64,000 bases of DNA from Thainema sp. (GTDB lineage Bacteria > Cyanobacteriota > Cyanobacteriia > Phormidesmidales > Phormidesmidaceae). The stretch covers positions 30,804-94,803 of the forward strand of contig JBQLZK010000022.1 of assembly GCA_052168235.1 (NCBI GenBank), given 5' to 3'. Under the pieces are notes generated by a model. The model saw only the letters and a program-made list of their open reading frames with translations. It was not told where the DNA came from and searched no databases. Position numbers and translations under genes: made by a program. Within the stretch, counting starts at the first letter, position 1, and every line of letters begins with the position of its first letter. Below are positions 1 to 11,488 of the stretch, piece after piece.

Positions 1-93
1 TAATGTGGGGTATCGATAAGATAAAGCTAATGCGTGAATCTACTTTTCTCATTCCCTGTTTCGATGATTTCACCATTTGACTAGGCAGTGCTC

Positions 94-1518
94 ATGATTG
101 TGGATCGAGTCTTGAATGATGTGTCCCCCCATTCCTTTAACCGGCAGCGGCTAATGGGTCGAAGTTCCCGCGAGGCGCAAGAAGCTATCTATGCTTTTTT
201 GCTGGATGCCGTCAAACACTATCCAGCCGAAGCGGTTTTAGAAGAGTTCAAGCGACTGTTTATCCAACACGTTGATACAGTCAGCTCTAATACACTGCCA
301 GCGCTTTATGAAATCGTTTTTGCGAACGACGCAAAGGAGTTTCGCAATACCCTAAAGCGCTCTTGCTACATCTTGATTAATAACTGGGAGACCTCGCGCC
401 AGCATAAAGCCATTCAAGATCTCGTCCTCCTGTTTCAAGATCCGCTCATTCATCGCCGAACCGTTTCACCAACCCTCAAGCGGCTCAGAAGCTGGCTGTT
501 TGATTTTGTCCACAGCAAAGACTACGAAGATCTCAAGCTGTTTGCGGCTCGTTATTTACCGCCACAAGAGCGAGAAAAACACTGGACATCGCGCTACACC
601 GCCTATTTGCTCACTTCCCAATTCGCTGATGCCGATAATCCAACGGAGCAGCGAGAAGCAGCTCGTCTGGCCGCCCAGCAGTTAAAAGATCGCTTCAAGC
701 TGGATTTAGCTCTATACACAGCGAAGTCACAAGCAGCGAGATCGATCAGCGAGATGCCGAATAATCCGACGGGATTGGGAGAGGGAGTACTGCGATTAAT
801 CAAAACCATTGTGATGCGGCGCGGCACGTTTAGCTACGCTAATTTGGCCAATATCTTTGTGCGTCAAATTCAGGGCAGTCGCTACGAAAACTTTAAGAAG
901 AGCCTACTGCGGTATATTCTGTTTGCCCTACCAGATGAAAATGCGGCCCTTGCCATCCGGCATCACTTAGGCCATAAGCTAGACGAACTCTACCTAGACC
1001 ATCACGATGCCGAAATTAATAATGCGCTGCTGCTGCGCACCTGTAATCGGGTCATTGAATACTTAACGACAGAAGATCGAGAGTCACCCTCTCCACTCTT
1101 CTGTATGCTGCTAGCCAACGGCAATTCGCTGCCAATCGTCAGCGTTTTACTCAAACTTATTCTGATCTGTCGTAATTCCAGAACGCATCTTGAAACACGG
1201 ATTGCTGATTTAATCCACTATTACAAAGATGAATCGGAAGAGGATTGTCGCTGGGTGATCAACTTCTTTGAGGTTTTCAACGTAACGTTCACTATCTATA
1301 CCGAAAACGTTGAGTATAGCTTGGTGAGAACCAGCGCAATTGCTTCCATTTCGGCCAACCCTATTGAGCCGTCTTCTTTAAGCCTAGATGCCTATCGAAT
1401 TTTCTCTCAAATTCGTCATCAATCAATTAGTTTTGGCAACATGAGCGAGGAAGAAGCCGCGATCGCAGATGAGATCCTTGAACGCTCGTCTGACATTGAT
1501 TTTCTAGAGGAAGAATAA
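94..1518 (+). CDS. Conserved cyanobacterial hypothetical protein (~470 aa, mostly helical)
   Basis: Long ORF 88..1518. Start uncertain (GTG 88, ATG 94 or ATG 154). No catalytic motif recognised. Confidence 0.8.
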   Translation: MIVDRVLNDVSPHSFNRQRLMGRSSREAQEAIYAFLLDAVKHYPAEAVLEEFKRLFIQHVDTVSSNTLPALYEIVFANDAKEFRNTLKRSCYILINNWETSRQHKAIQDLVLLFQDPLIHRRTVSPTLKRLRSWLFDFVHSKDYEDLKLFAARYLPPQEREKHWTSRYTAYLLTSQFADADNPTEQREAARLAAQQLKDRFKLDLALYTAKSQAARSISEMPNNPTGLGEGVLRLIKTIVMRRGTFSYANLANIFVRQIQGSRYENFKKSLLRYILFALPDENAALAIRHHLGHKLDELYLDHHDAEINNALLLRTCNRVIEYLTTEDRESPSPLFCMLLANGNSLPIVSVLLKLILICRNSRTHLETRIADLIHYYKDESEEDCRWVINFFEVFNVTFTIYTENVEYSLVRTSAIASISANPIEPSSLSLDAYRIFSQIRHQSISFGNMSEEEAAIADEILERSSDIDFLEEE

Positions 1519-1667
1519 ATTCCTGAGCGTTTTATTTCTAAATTTTTTCTAAAGCTAGTGTTTCAAGCGCTACAGCAGTTTTCTGAGGCTGCGCTATCCT
1601 GTAAACAGCAGTGATAAAAGCTGTAATTCCTGATTTCTGGAACACCTGACGCACTTTTGAGGTTTCT

Positions 1668-1862
1668 ATGGCAAACCCCTCGACGCTCTATAGCACTTTT
1701 GAACAAGAAACTCAGGTTTGGAATAGCCTGAAGCAAGCGATCGCAGATAGTTCTGGTTTCCAACGCTGGAAGCTAGAGCAAACTCGTGATGTCCAAAATA
1801 CTAGCTTGGATATGTTGGTGAGCCGCTATCTGCGGGAAACACTGGAAACGCTAGCTTACTAG
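1668..1862 (+). CDS. Small cyanobacterial hypothetical protein (64 aa)
   Basis: GAGG RBS before ATG. The W-x-SLKQAIA-x-SSGFQRW and RYLRETLETLAY motifs resemble a small cyanobacterial family as I recall it. A CCTCTAG/CTAGAGG hairpin follows. Confidence 0.75.
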   Translation: MANPSTLYSTFEQETQVWNSLKQAIADSSGFQRWKLEQTRDVQNTSLDMLVSRYLRETLETLAY

Positions 1863-2056
1863 CTGATATCACTACCTCTAGGCTTGACTAGAGGTCATAT
1901 ACAGAATTTGGCTCAGACTCCGGCGTTGGCGAAACGAATTTGTTGCCAACGCCCAATTTTCATGTTTGTGCAGAAACCTGACTTATGTTGTGTAGCAGGC
2001 GTGTGAAGCAAGCCTGTTACACAACATAAATCATCAATTTTTAATTGAACTGTGTA

Positions 2057-3049
2057 TCATGACGGCTTACGGGTCACGATTGTGCGGTGGCGGGGATCGC
2101 TGGCCACGGTAGTACAGTGAATGAAGCCCACCTGCTGTAACGCCGCCTCAACGTCAAACGTATAGTAATCATCGCTCCAGGGCTCGGTACTTTTCATGAG
2201 CGTAAACAGCACCGGGGGCAAGTTTTGAATCACGGGTGATTTGGGATTATTATCTGCGATCGCAAGATGTCCACCTGGACGTAGCAGTCGGTGAGCTTCT
2301 CGGAAAATCGCTGTTGCTGCCTGCCGAGGTAACTCGTGCAGCACAAACTGAAGCGTAATTAAATCAAAAGACTGGTCGGGAAAATCAGTCTGTTCAGCTT
2401 TGACGTGAACCCAGTTAGTAATTTCATGATTGACATCACGGAATTTCGCTACGGCCAGCATGTAAGGGGATAAGTCCAAGCCAATTGTCCGCACTGGCGT
2501 TGACGAATAGCCACTGGACTGTTGAGCAGCATAGTAGCGATGCAGGCTGAGCGTCGAGATTCCCACTGAGCAGCCTATATCCAAAATATCGCGGGTCGGA
2601 CTGGTAATTTGCTCCGCTAAAACTTGATGAAAGCTGGAGCGCAAGCGGTCATGAGCCGTTTGCCAGGTTAATTCCTCCTGTGGCCACACTCGCAGCGCCA
2701 TTGAGTAGGTGGCGGATTCAGCTTCAAACGCCGCATTCCAGCACAAATTACCGTCAGCATAAGCATGAAACGGCACCTGGAAATAGTCAGGATAGTCAAC
2801 CGCTGGATTAGTCATCTGGGCCAAAGTGGACTGGATGCCAGACGTTTCAAGCGCATGGTAGTTCTGTCGCCAAGGGATGCCGTGCTTCTCTGCGGTTTTA
2901 ATCAAAACCTGACGCGCCTGACGCTTCATTAGCGCGTACAGGGGCTTGGTTTGAATCAGCAGATTGACGAGGCGAGACAGGATATCTTGTCCGGCCCAAT
3001 CTGGTTTGAGTTTTGCTGTATCAGTCGTTTCAATACTCTTAGCAATCAT
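2057..3049 (-). CDS. Class I SAM-dependent methyltransferase
   Basis: ILDIGCSVG motif I, GLDLSPYML, SFDLI and LLRPGG motifs. Confidence 0.9.
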   Translation of the reverse strand: MIAKSIETTDTAKLKPDWAGQDILSRLVNLLIQTKPLYALMKRQARQVLIKTAEKHGIPWRQNYHALETSGIQSTLAQMTNPAVDYPDYFQVPFHAYADGNLCWNAAFEAESATYSMALRVWPQEELTWQTAHDRLRSSFHQVLAEQITSPTRDILDIGCSVGISTLSLHRYYAAQQSSGYSSTPVRTIGLDLSPYMLAVAKFRDVNHEITNWVHVKAEQTDFPDQSFDLITLQFVLHELPRQAATAIFREAHRLLRPGGHLAIADNNPKSPVIQNLPPVLFTLMKSTEPWSDDYYTFDVEAALQQVGFIHCTTVASDPRHRTIVTRKPS

Positions 3050-3323
3050 AAAAAATCATAAAGCTGTATAACAAAAAGCCAGCCTAATATTCCAGCTTTA
3101 CATTTTAATCAGCTACCTGTATCCCCGTATAGAACACTGTCACGTTTCGTCAGAGAGAATCGATGAGATCAGAAAAACCAAATATAGTTTGATACAGAAC
3201 AGATGCGATCGCACCATCGACCATAAACCATCAACTCAAAAAGACTCAAAACGAAAAGAGAAAGGCCCGCTTCAGCAAACCTTCCCCTACTTCAATCCAT
3301 TAAACTTATCGACTCCAATCAAA

Positions 3324-4652
3324 CTACTTCTTAAGCCGCAAAATCTGAGTCGTCACATCCAAACTCTCTTCATACAAAATTTCGCGTCCCCAGCGCTGCA
3401 GCTGCTGGCTCAGCAAAAACTCCGCCTTTTGATCCGATAGGGCCGTTACCTGTTCAGTCCGACAAGATTGAGCGCCGCCGCCCGCTTCCATCCGCATGCA
3501 GCCCGTTGTCTCAGAGCAGAGAATCGTGCAGCAGTCAGCTTCCGGATTCGTTGAGGTCAATCGTAATGCCGTCAGATCGCCGGGAATCTCGCCCCAGTCT
3601 GCGGTCGGAATAGCAGCTAACTCGGCCTCAATCTCGCGACCATTTGGCGCTTCAAAGTAGATATGTTGTAAGTCGTAATCGCCGCCCGTTGTTTTGCAAC
3701 GAACGGGCGTCCATTCGAGTCTGCTGGCAATCCAGCCCAAGAACATCAGAGCCTGAGCTGCGCTGCCCTTTTCATAGTCGATAGCAATTTGGTCGATTTC
3801 CTGTAGTGCCAAGCGACGTTCCGGCGGATCAAACGCCGCAGCCGTTAATTCTTGCCAGGGAAATAGGCGGTGCCAGTTCAAATCGGCAATATAGGTTTCT
3901 TCTTCAATCAAATCGCTGATTTTGATGAACTCCGACTCTGGATCGCTGAAAAAGCTAGAATCCATGATCAAGCAATTGCAGCTTTTAGAAAGCGCCTGAA
4001 ACAGTTCCTGCTCAGGATTCGGAGTTGCTTTCCACCAGACAAACTTCGGTAAGTCAGGAATCATCAGTGAACTGACCACTTCGCTCACCCGCTCTAGCGC
4101 CTGCTTCGTGCCGCGTAGCGTAATGTATTCGCAACAGATTAGGCGACTGCTAGAACCGTGGCGCTGTACTGGGCAATAGGCTGAAACCTGCGCCGTTACT
4201 CCTTGGTCTTTTCCCATAGTGGGACAGAGGATAATAACACGACAAGGATTCTGAGCGGCAATACTGCTGCTGATGTGAAAGCCGCGGATATCTTCGTTGG
4301 TGCAAATCTGCTGGTCAGGCGGCAGTTTAACAAACTCTTGCCGCAAACGAGCGAGAGTTGTGGAATCAACCCGACCTGTAACTCGCAGATCATAGGCCAT
4401 TTGGGCTTCGCGAACCGCCTGTTTAGTTTGCTCACCGTGAATGCCGTCGATCTTGCCCTGATAAAACCCCAAGATGCCCAGAAGCTGCTGAAATTCCTCG
4501 GGTTCGTAAACAACAATGCTAAATGTTGTCGCACGGGTAGCGACAGAAGCTTTTCCATCACCCTGCGATCGCCAGATTTGAGTGAGTTCTGCTTCAATCT
4601 CGTCGAGCGAGATATCGATTGGTTTTTGGAGAGCAACAAGTGGAGTGGTCAT
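3324..4652 (-). CDS. opcA: Glucose-6-phosphate dehydrogenase assembly/activator protein OpcA
   Basis: Downstream of zwf. VSAYCP, CCEYITL, DLNWHRL and CCTILCSETTGCMRM motifs. Confidence 0.95.
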   Translation of the reverse strand: MTTPLVALQKPIDISLDEIEAELTQIWRSQGDGKASVATRATTFSIVVYEPEEFQQLLGILGFYQGKIDGIHGEQTKQAVREAQMAYDLRVTGRVDSTTLARLRQEFVKLPPDQQICTNEDIRGFHISSSIAAQNPCRVIILCPTMGKDQGVTAQVSAYCPVQRHGSSSRLICCEYITLRGTKQALERVSEVVSSLMIPDLPKFVWWKATPNPEQELFQALSKSCNCLIMDSSFFSDPESEFIKISDLIEEETYIADLNWHRLFPWQELTAAAFDPPERRLALQEIDQIAIDYEKGSAAQALMFLGWIASRLEWTPVRCKTTGGDYDLQHIYFEAPNGREIEAELAAIPTADWGEIPGDLTALRLTSTNPEADCCTILCSETTGCMRMEAGGGAQSCRTEQVTALSDQKAEFLLSQQLQRWGREILYEESLDVTTQILRLKK

Positions 4653-4722
4653 AGATGTTAGTCCAGATCGTCAAGGATAAGGAGTTACGTTTCGGAGGCT
4701 GCAAAGGTCAAAAACTCTAAAC

Positions 4723-6252
4723 CTATAGTCGTCGCCAACGACGACCCTCACGATTCAACAGCATTTCAGCTTCAACAGGTCCCCAGGAACCTGCTTCATA
4801 AAGCGGAATCGCATCGGATGAGGCGGGTGCATCCCAAATGGACAGAATGGGGGTTAAAATCCGCCAGGATGCTTCTACCTCGTCACCACGGGTAAACAGG
4901 GTTTGATCGCCGAGCATGCAGTCTACAAGCAAGCGAGCATAGGCATCCACGTTGGCTTGTCCGAAGGCTGTATCGTAGCGGAAATCCATATCAACGGAGC
5001 GAGTGCGCAGCGAATTCCCCGGTGTTTTCACTTCGAATCGCATTGAGATTCCTTCATCTGGCTGAATCCGCATGGCCAGAATATTCGGATTGGCTTGCTT
5101 AGCCGCCGATTGAAACATCAGGTGCGGTACTTCCCGAAACTGGATCGCAATTTCTGTCACCTTTTTCGGCATTCGCTTACCTGTACGCATATAGAAGGGA
5201 ACACCGCGCCAGCGCCAGTTATCAATATGCAGCTTGAGGGCTGAGTAGGTCGGTGTTGTTGATTCAGGCGTTGCGCCTTCTTCAGCGCGATAGCTGGGTA
5301 CCTCTTTGCCTTTCATCCAGCCATTTGTATACTGCCCCCGAATAGCCGACAGATTTAGATCATCCAGATTCGCCAGGTGTGTGGCCTGTAAAACTTTCAC
5401 TTTTTCGCTGCGGATGCTATCGGCATCCAGCGAGTTAGGCGGTTCCATCGCGGTCAGGCAAAAAAGCTGCATCAGGTGGTTTTGCACCATGTCTCGCAGC
5501 GCGCCAGCAGTTTCGTAGTAGCCAGCGCGACCTTCCAGGCCAACAGTTTCAGCTACGGTAATCTGGACATGATCGACGAACTGACGGTTCCAGAGCGGCT
5601 CAAAGATGGCGTTGGCGAAGCGGAAGACCAGCAGATTTTGTACTGTTTCTTTGCCGAGGTAGTGGTCAATCCGATAAATCTGCGATTCGTGGCAAACCTG
5701 CTGCACAACTCGATTCAGGCTTTGAGCTGTACTTAAGTCCCGTCCAAAGGGTTTTTCAATTACCAGTCGCTGCTTGGCTGGATCATCCAACATCCCTGCA
5801 TCACCAAGCTGTTGCGTTGCTTCAGCAAAGAAGCGAGGGGCAACTGACAAATAAAAGACGCGATTGCCGCGAGTCCCGCGTTCTTCGTCTAGTTCGCCCA
5901 GAAATGCCTTCAGTTTTTGGTAGCTCTCGGGCTGATCCAGGTTGCCAGAGCAGTAGAATATTCCCTTGGCAAAGGTATTCCAGATTTCCTCTGATACAAG
6001 ACCGCCGCCAAATTCTTCAATGCCTTCCCTTAGATGTTCCCGGAAGAAATCGTGACTCCAGTCCCTTCGTGCCACCCCGACAATGGTGATCTCAGGAGGC
6101 AGCTTGCGCTCTAGATACATCTGGTAAAGGGCAGGCACGAGCTTACGCTGGGTCAGATCACCAGATGCTCCATAGATCGTTAAAATTTGAGGTTCTGGGA
6201 TGCGGTCTTGCTGCAAGCCAACGCGCAGCGGATTTTCAAGCAGAGTAACCAT
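4723..6252 (-). CDS. zwf: Glucose-6-phosphate 1-dehydrogenase
   Basis: GASGDL, EKPFG and RIDHYLGKE motifs. Likely start [10 protein letters not shown] at 6252. Confidence 0.98.
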   Translation of the reverse strand: MVTLLENPLRVGLQQDRIPEPQILTIYGASGDLTQRKLVPALYQMYLERKLPPEITIVGVARRDWSHDFFREHLREGIEEFGGGLVSEEIWNTFAKGIFYCSGNLDQPESYQKLKAFLGELDEERGTRGNRVFYLSVAPRFFAEATQQLGDAGMLDDPAKQRLVIEKPFGRDLSTAQSLNRVVQQVCHESQIYRIDHYLGKETVQNLLVFRFANAIFEPLWNRQFVDHVQITVAETVGLEGRAGYYETAGALRDMVQNHLMQLFCLTAMEPPNSLDADSIRSEKVKVLQATHLANLDDLNLSAIRGQYTNGWMKGKEVPSYRAEEGATPESTTPTYSALKLHIDNWRWRGVPFYMRTGKRMPKKVTEIAIQFREVPHLMFQSAAKQANPNILAMRIQPDEGISMRFEVKTPGNSLRTRSVDMDFRYDTAFGQANVDAYARLLVDCMLGDQTLFTRGDEVEASWRILTPILSIWDAPASSDAIPLYEAGSWGPVEAEMLLNREGRRWRRL

Positions 6253-6373
6253 AAACGCAGTAACTGATAGAACAGAGGGCAAGGAGAGAGCAAGAGCAAA
6301 AAACGGAGGACGAATTGACAGACGGGGAGCCTCCCCTATTGAAGGTCAGATCCCCATCTCTAAACGTTTAGTT

Positions 6374-7522
6374 CTATACCGGAGACAAAGTGTTTACTTT
6401 TTCTTCCAGTGATTTCATCAAAGAATCGAAGGGCTGCACGAATTTATCGATGCCTTCCTCCAGCAGCTCGTCCATGATGGCATCTAGATCAATACCTGCC
6501 TCGGCTAGCGCTGCTAGGGTGTGACGGGCTTCGTCAATGTTTTGCTCAACCCGGCTTGCTACATCGCAGTGATCGGCACAGGCTTCAATTGTATCGGGCG
6601 GCAAGGTGTTGACCGTGTCCGGCCCAACTAGCTCGTCAACGTACATCACGTCGCTGTACTCAGGATTTTTGGTGCTGGTGCTGGCCCAGAGCAGCCGCTG
6701 GACATTGGCTCCTTTTTCCTTCAGTGCCTGCCAGCGATCGCTGTTGATAATTTCCAAATAGTTTTGGTAGGCCACCTTCGCATTTGCGATCGCAACTTTA
6801 CCTTTTAACTCCTGTAGCTTCGCTTTTTGGGAGAGATCGTCGATGCCCTCTAGCTTTTCGTCAATCCGATCATCCACTTTGGTGTCGATGCGGCTGAGGA
6901 AGAAGCTGGCAACAGAGGAGATTTTGCTGATGTCCTTGCCTTCGGCGGCGCGAGCTTCGAGACCGCGAATATAGGCCCAAGCCGCGTCGGTATAGCTGTC
7001 TACAGAAAAGAGCAGCGTAATGTTGACGTTGATCCCTTCTTTGATCACTTCTTCCACGGCGGCAATGCCAGCAGAGGTGCCGGGGATCTTGACCATGACG
7101 TTGGGCCGATCGATCTCGCGATAGTAGCGCTTGGCTTCCTGAATCGATCCTGCTGTATCGCCAGCGATGGCGGGCGGTAGCTCAATGCTGACGTAGCCAT
7201 CTAAGCCGTCGGTTTCGTCATAAATGGGGCGGAAAACATCGCAAGCATTGCGAATATCGGCAAATACAAGGTCTTCGTAAATTTCATCAACCGATTTGTT
7301 GGCCCGAATGCCCGCTTCGATGTCTGCGTCATAAATCGCATTACCTGCGATCGCTTTTTGAAAAATGGCCGGATTGGACGTGATCCCAGAAATTTCGCGA
7401 TCGGTGATCAAAGACTTGAGTTCACCGGATTCAATCAAATCTCGTCTGAGATTGTCCATCCAAATACTCTGGCCATAGGCCCGAATTTCTTTTAGATGAT
7501 TGTTATTGGTCGCAGCAGTCAT
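6374..7522 (-). CDS. tal: Transaldolase
   Basis: GITSNPAIF, VMVKIP, NITLLFS and RLLWASTSTK motifs; operon position. Confidence 0.97.
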   Translation of the reverse strand: MTAATNNNHLKEIRAYGQSIWMDNLRRDLIESGELKSLITDREISGITSNPAIFQKAIAGNAIYDADIEAGIRANKSVDEIYEDLVFADIRNACDVFRPIYDETDGLDGYVSIELPPAIAGDTAGSIQEAKRYYREIDRPNVMVKIPGTSAGIAAVEEVIKEGINVNITLLFSVDSYTDAAWAYIRGLEARAAEGKDISKISSVASFFLSRIDTKVDDRIDEKLEGIDDLSQKAKLQELKGKVAIANAKVAYQNYLEIINSDRWQALKEKGANVQRLLWASTSTKNPEYSDVMYVDELVGPDTVNTLPPDTIEACADHCDVASRVEQNIDEARHTLAALAEAGIDLDAIMDELLEEGIDKFVQPFDSLMKSLEEKVNTLSPV

Positions 7523-7646
7523 AAATAAATCAGTCTCCTGTTTGGCTTTAATACTTACAATCTGGTCAATTGCATCAAGATTGAGAAAGTGTCTTAAGGG
7601 GTAAATGCGTTAATCCGCTACGCACTGGACAGGTTCAAATGAAGGG

Positions 7647-8711
7647 CTATGGCGTAGAAGCCATTTCGCGATCGCGGCGAGCCCGGTCTTGAATAAACGA
7701 TTCCACTAGGGCGACATCTTCTTTGCTGCCCACTACAAATGGAGTCCGCATGTGGAGCTTATCGGGCGTTACGTCTAAAATCCGCTGGGTGCCTGTGCTG
7801 GCGCTTCCTCCTGCCTGTTCCATCAAGTAGGCTAATGGTGCAGTCTCGTACAGCAGTCGCAGCTTGCCTTCTGGCTTTTTAACCGTGCCGGGATAGAGAA
7901 ACACGCCGCCCTGGAGCAAAATGCGATGGAAATCACCGACCAGTGCGCCGCTATAGCGGGCCGAATAGCCCTCATGACGATGAACGTAGCGAATATAGTC
8001 GCGAATCGACTCATCCCACTGCCAGAAATTACCCTCATTTACACTATAGACGGGGCCATGCTCCGGCACAGTGATATTTTCTTCAGCCAAGATAAACTCG
8101 CCTAAACTGGGGTCAAGCACAAAGGAATGAACGCCATTACCAATGGAATAGACCAGGACGGTGCTGGGGCCGTAAAGGATATATCCAGCCGCGATTTGCT
8201 TATGTCCAGGCTGCAGCAGATCAGCGGCGTCCTGTTTCTCGTCGTTCCCCTCCTGCTGTCGAATGGCGAAAATCGAGCCAACGTTCAGGTTGATATCAAC
8301 ATTCGAGGAACCGTCAATTGGGTCGTAGAGCAATGTATAGCGGCCAATGGGACAGTTTTCTGGAATGTAGTAGGGATCGTCCATTTCTTCGGATGCCAGT
8401 CGGCAAACCAAACCGCTCTGTTCAAATGCGGAGATGAAAACCCGATTGGCATAGAGATCCATCTTTTTGACGGCTTCTCCCTGCACATTGGTGCCGCCTG
8501 TAAAACCCAAGGCATTTTCCACCAGCCCAGCTCGGGTCAAATGGCGTGCCACCAGTTTGCCTGCTAGCGCAATCCGATTCATCAATGCGCTCAAATCCTG
8601 GGCATCGGGGCCATAGCTCTGCAACTGCTGCAGCACATGGCGCGACAATGTAGTGCAGTCGCGATCAATCGAAAACTCCTGAGTGATGGGTTGTGCAGTA
8701 GAATCAACCAT
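7647..8711 (-). CDS. fbp: Class 1 fructose-1,6-bisphosphatase
   Basis: [17 protein letters not shown] and GKLRLLYE motifs. Confidence 0.97.
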   Translation of the reverse strand: MVDSTAQPITQEFSIDRDCTTLSRHVLQQLQSYGPDAQDLSALMNRIALAGKLVARHLTRAGLVENALGFTGGTNVQGEAVKKMDLYANRVFISAFEQSGLVCRLASEEMDDPYYIPENCPIGRYTLLYDPIDGSSNVDINLNVGSIFAIRQQEGNDEKQDAADLLQPGHKQIAAGYILYGPSTVLVYSIGNGVHSFVLDPSLGEFILAEENITVPEHGPVYSVNEGNFWQWDESIRDYIRYVHRHEGYSARYSGALVGDFHRILLQGGVFLYPGTVKKPEGKLRLLYETAPLAYLMEQAGGSASTGTQRILDVTPDKLHMRTPFVVGSKEDVALVESFIQDRARRDREMASTP

Positions 8712-9734
8712 ATTTTTCTCCGAAATAGTGAACAGCGGGTTGGGAGACTCAAATGTTCTGTTCGCAATCTGGCAAGGTAAACGAAAGGCTCAGCACAAAA
8801 TCCCTATTCATCCCGTCTCCCTCATATTAAGAAGGCATACTCCATAAGCCAGTGAACTTTTAGATGAACTACAGAAAGCATAAATACTGAACAGGGTGGC
8901 TATGGCTGTAAGATGATGAGCCGAAAGATAATGAACCGACCAAAATCACCCTTCATCCAACGTCAAAAAACCGTGACACTAAATCTCATTGTTCAGCTCC
9001 AGAAGGAAATCAAGCCTGGTTTTCAAATCTTCTCTATCCGTCAAAAACCAGCTACAAGGGCAGTGAAATGCACGATTAAAATTTAGCTTTTCTTTACCTC
9101 CTTTCTTCAAATTGGAGTCAAAATTCTGATAATTTCTGTGTCAGAGCAGTCCACTTTTTTATTTGTCTTGATAGGTACGATTTGAATGGCTCCGAATAGC
9201 ACATCTTTGAGGGTGAATTATTACGTTTTTCTTTTGTTTCTTTAACTATTGTATCGAAGGCAATCAGTTTGCGAATCTGCTACTCGGCAGAGTTTGATGC
9301 AATATCAGGTTTGGCGTAAGGTTTGGTACAAACTGATGCATCTAACTCTCCAAAACATAACCTGCTATCAGCTGTAGCATGTAGCAGACCTGATGAGACA
9401 GGAATGAGCCCATAACGAAACGGGTAAAACCATCGGCAAGTTAGTGATTAAGATTTCACGAGGAGTAACAGTTGATTAGGCTCCTAAATTAAGCTCTCAT
9501 CCATCAACGTCCATTGTTTGAACTCTTGCTTTCAGTTACTTCACATTGTTAATCACAGATTCAATCAGTGTTGCTTAGACAAATTCCATCCACATTACCA
9601 ACAGAAACTGAAGATTACCTTAAGAAAAGATTCAGTTTCTAATCAGGAATTCACTGCATTGAATTCTTGGCTTGTCACCTTTTAGTTATCGCTTGCAGAA
9701 GCAGTTGTTTATTACAATTTAGGAGCACCCGGCA

Positions 9735-10820
9735 ATGGGCAACAAGAAGCGTATTGGCATCATGACAAGTGGCGGTGACTGTGCCGGTCTAAATGCAGTG
9801 ATTCGTGCAGTGGTGCTGCGAGCGGTTGAAACGTATGACTGGGAGGTTGTTGGCATCTGTCGCGCTACGAATGGCTTGATGGCTCGTCCGCTGGAAGCGG
9901 TTGAGTTTAAGGATGCGCACTGTGTCAGTGGCCTGTTGACGATGGGCGGCACGATGCTGGGCACGACGAACAAAGGCAATCCGTTTGCTTTCCCTATGCC
10001 CGATGGCACACTATGCGATCGCACTCAGGAAATTGTTGATGGTTATCACCAGCTTGGGCTGGATGCCATGATCGGCATCGGTGGAGACGGTAGCCTTTCT
10101 ATTCTAAGAAAACTAGCGCAGCGAGGCGGCTGGAACCTGGTCGGTATTCCGAAAACCATCGACAACGACATTGGATTGACTGAACGCTCTATTGGCTTTG
10201 ACACAGCGGTAAATATCGCAACCGAAGCGCTCGATCGCTTGCACTTTACTGCTGCCAGCCACTCCCGCGTGATGATTTTAGAAGTCATGGGCCGCGATGC
10301 CGGACATATCGCCATCAGTGCGGGAATTGCGGGCGGCGCTGATGTGATTTTGATCCCAGAAATCCCCTATAGCCTAGACCGGATTTGCGACAAGATTCGC
10401 CACTTACAGAGCGTCGGGCAAAACTTCATGCTGATGGTGGTAGCTGAGGCCGTGCCGGACGAAAACGGTTGCCAAGTTAAAAATGTTAACAGCTTGGGAC
10501 AGTCGCGCTTAGGTGGCATTGGTCAGCATCTGGCGGATCGAATCTCGGCCTGTAGTGGTGCCGAAACGCGCGTAACCGTGCTAGGACATGTTCAGCGAGG
10601 GGGAACACCTTCTCCATTAGATCGGCTGATGGCAACAACCTTTGGTGTCGCCGCCGTGGATCTGATCGCCGAAGAAAAATATGACCGGATGGTGACATGG
10701 CAGAATCGTCAGGTGGTTAGTGTGCCAATCGAAGCTGCGATCGCACATTATCGGGCCGTCGATGCCGATGGCACCTTGGTCAAAACCGCCCGCGCCGTTG
10801 GTATTTACCTAGGAGATTAA
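9735..10820 (+). CDS. pfkA: 6-phosphofructokinase (PFK-A family)
   Basis: TSGGDCAGLN, GGDGS, PKTIDND, EVMGR and LGHVQRGG motifs; AGGAG RBS. Confidence 0.96.
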   Translation: MGNKKRIGIMTSGGDCAGLNAVIRAVVLRAVETYDWEVVGICRATNGLMARPLEAVEFKDAHCVSGLLTMGGTMLGTTNKGNPFAFPMPDGTLCDRTQEIVDGYHQLGLDAMIGIGGDGSLSILRKLAQRGGWNLVGIPKTIDNDIGLTERSIGFDTAVNIATEALDRLHFTAASHSRVMILEVMGRDAGHIAISAGIAGGADVILIPEIPYSLDRICDKIRHLQSVGQNFMLMVVAEAVPDENGCQVKNVNSLGQSRLGGIGQHLADRISACSGAETRVTVLGHVQRGGTPSPLDRLMATTFGVAAVDLIAEEKYDRMVTWQNRQVVSVPIEAAIAHYRAVDADGTLVKTARAVGIYLGD

Positions 10821-11188
10821 CGAACTAGTTTGGCGTCATAGCTATATTCATCATTACCCCTACCCAGCCGTTCCGCAATCTCAACACTCGTCATCAAATC
10901 TTGAAATAACCGACCTCTCTCTGAAGACAGATTAAAATCACCCGCATAGAGATAGTGTTTTAATCTCTAATTCGGTTCAAGATAGAGAGGTAGGTTTTGC
11001 CCAATCCATTCAGCACTGAACAGCGAGTTCCATCATTTAGCAGATGAGCCTTCTAGTTTAGGTGTTTAGAGTTAGATTCAAGCTGGGCACCCTATGAAAA
11101 AAGCAGGATCAGGCCGAAAAAAGCAAGATCGTCTGTGGATTTATATATGTGTAATGTATAGCTTCTCATTTTGATTTAGTACGCCCCC

Positions 11189-11362
11189 ATGAATAACAAT
11201 CATCACACTCCAACGAACCAACACACTTGGCTAAAACTCAGACTTTGGGCACTCCGCAATCTGCCCATTTTCCCCAAGGTGAGACGGACTTATCACGTTG
11301 ATCATCTCAAGCGCTGTCTGAAGCTGCCTGCCAAAGAGCTATCTCCTGATTCATTCCTTTAA
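11189..11362 (+). CDS. Putative small protein, 57 aa (below ORF-track cutoff)
   Basis: Translated by hand: MNNNHHTPTNQHTWLKLRLWALRNLPIFPKVRRTYHVDHLKRCLKLPAKELSPDSFL. Sits in an otherwise empty gap with a terminator-like hairpin downstream. Confidence 0.45.
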   Translation: MNNNHHTPTNQHTWLKLRLWALRNLPIFPKVRRTYHVDHLKRCLKLPAKELSPDSFL

Positions 11363-11438
11363 TTTATGTTGAGGCCAATCAATAGATCGCTCTCTTCCCC
11401 CATGCCAAGTGCTCAAATTGCACAGCAAAAAACAAGAT

Positions 11439-11463
11439 AAAAGCCCTGCTATGCGGGGCTTTT
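11439..11463. terminator. Bidirectional intrinsic terminator-like hairpin
   Basis: AAAAGCCCTGC-TAT-GCGGGGCTTTT. Confidence 0.6.
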
Positions 11464-11488
11464 ACTATGTCTAGTTCAAATTCTCATC

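Noticed and set aside
4330..4500. Peptidoglycan-binding-like segment inside OpcA
   Set aside because: A regular feature of cyanobacterial OpcA proteins, not novel.
9385..9430. CTGATGA...GAAA resembling a hammerhead ribozyme core in the fbp-pfkA gap
   Set aside because: The intervening 20 nt cannot form stem II beyond one pair, and I found no convincing stems I and III.
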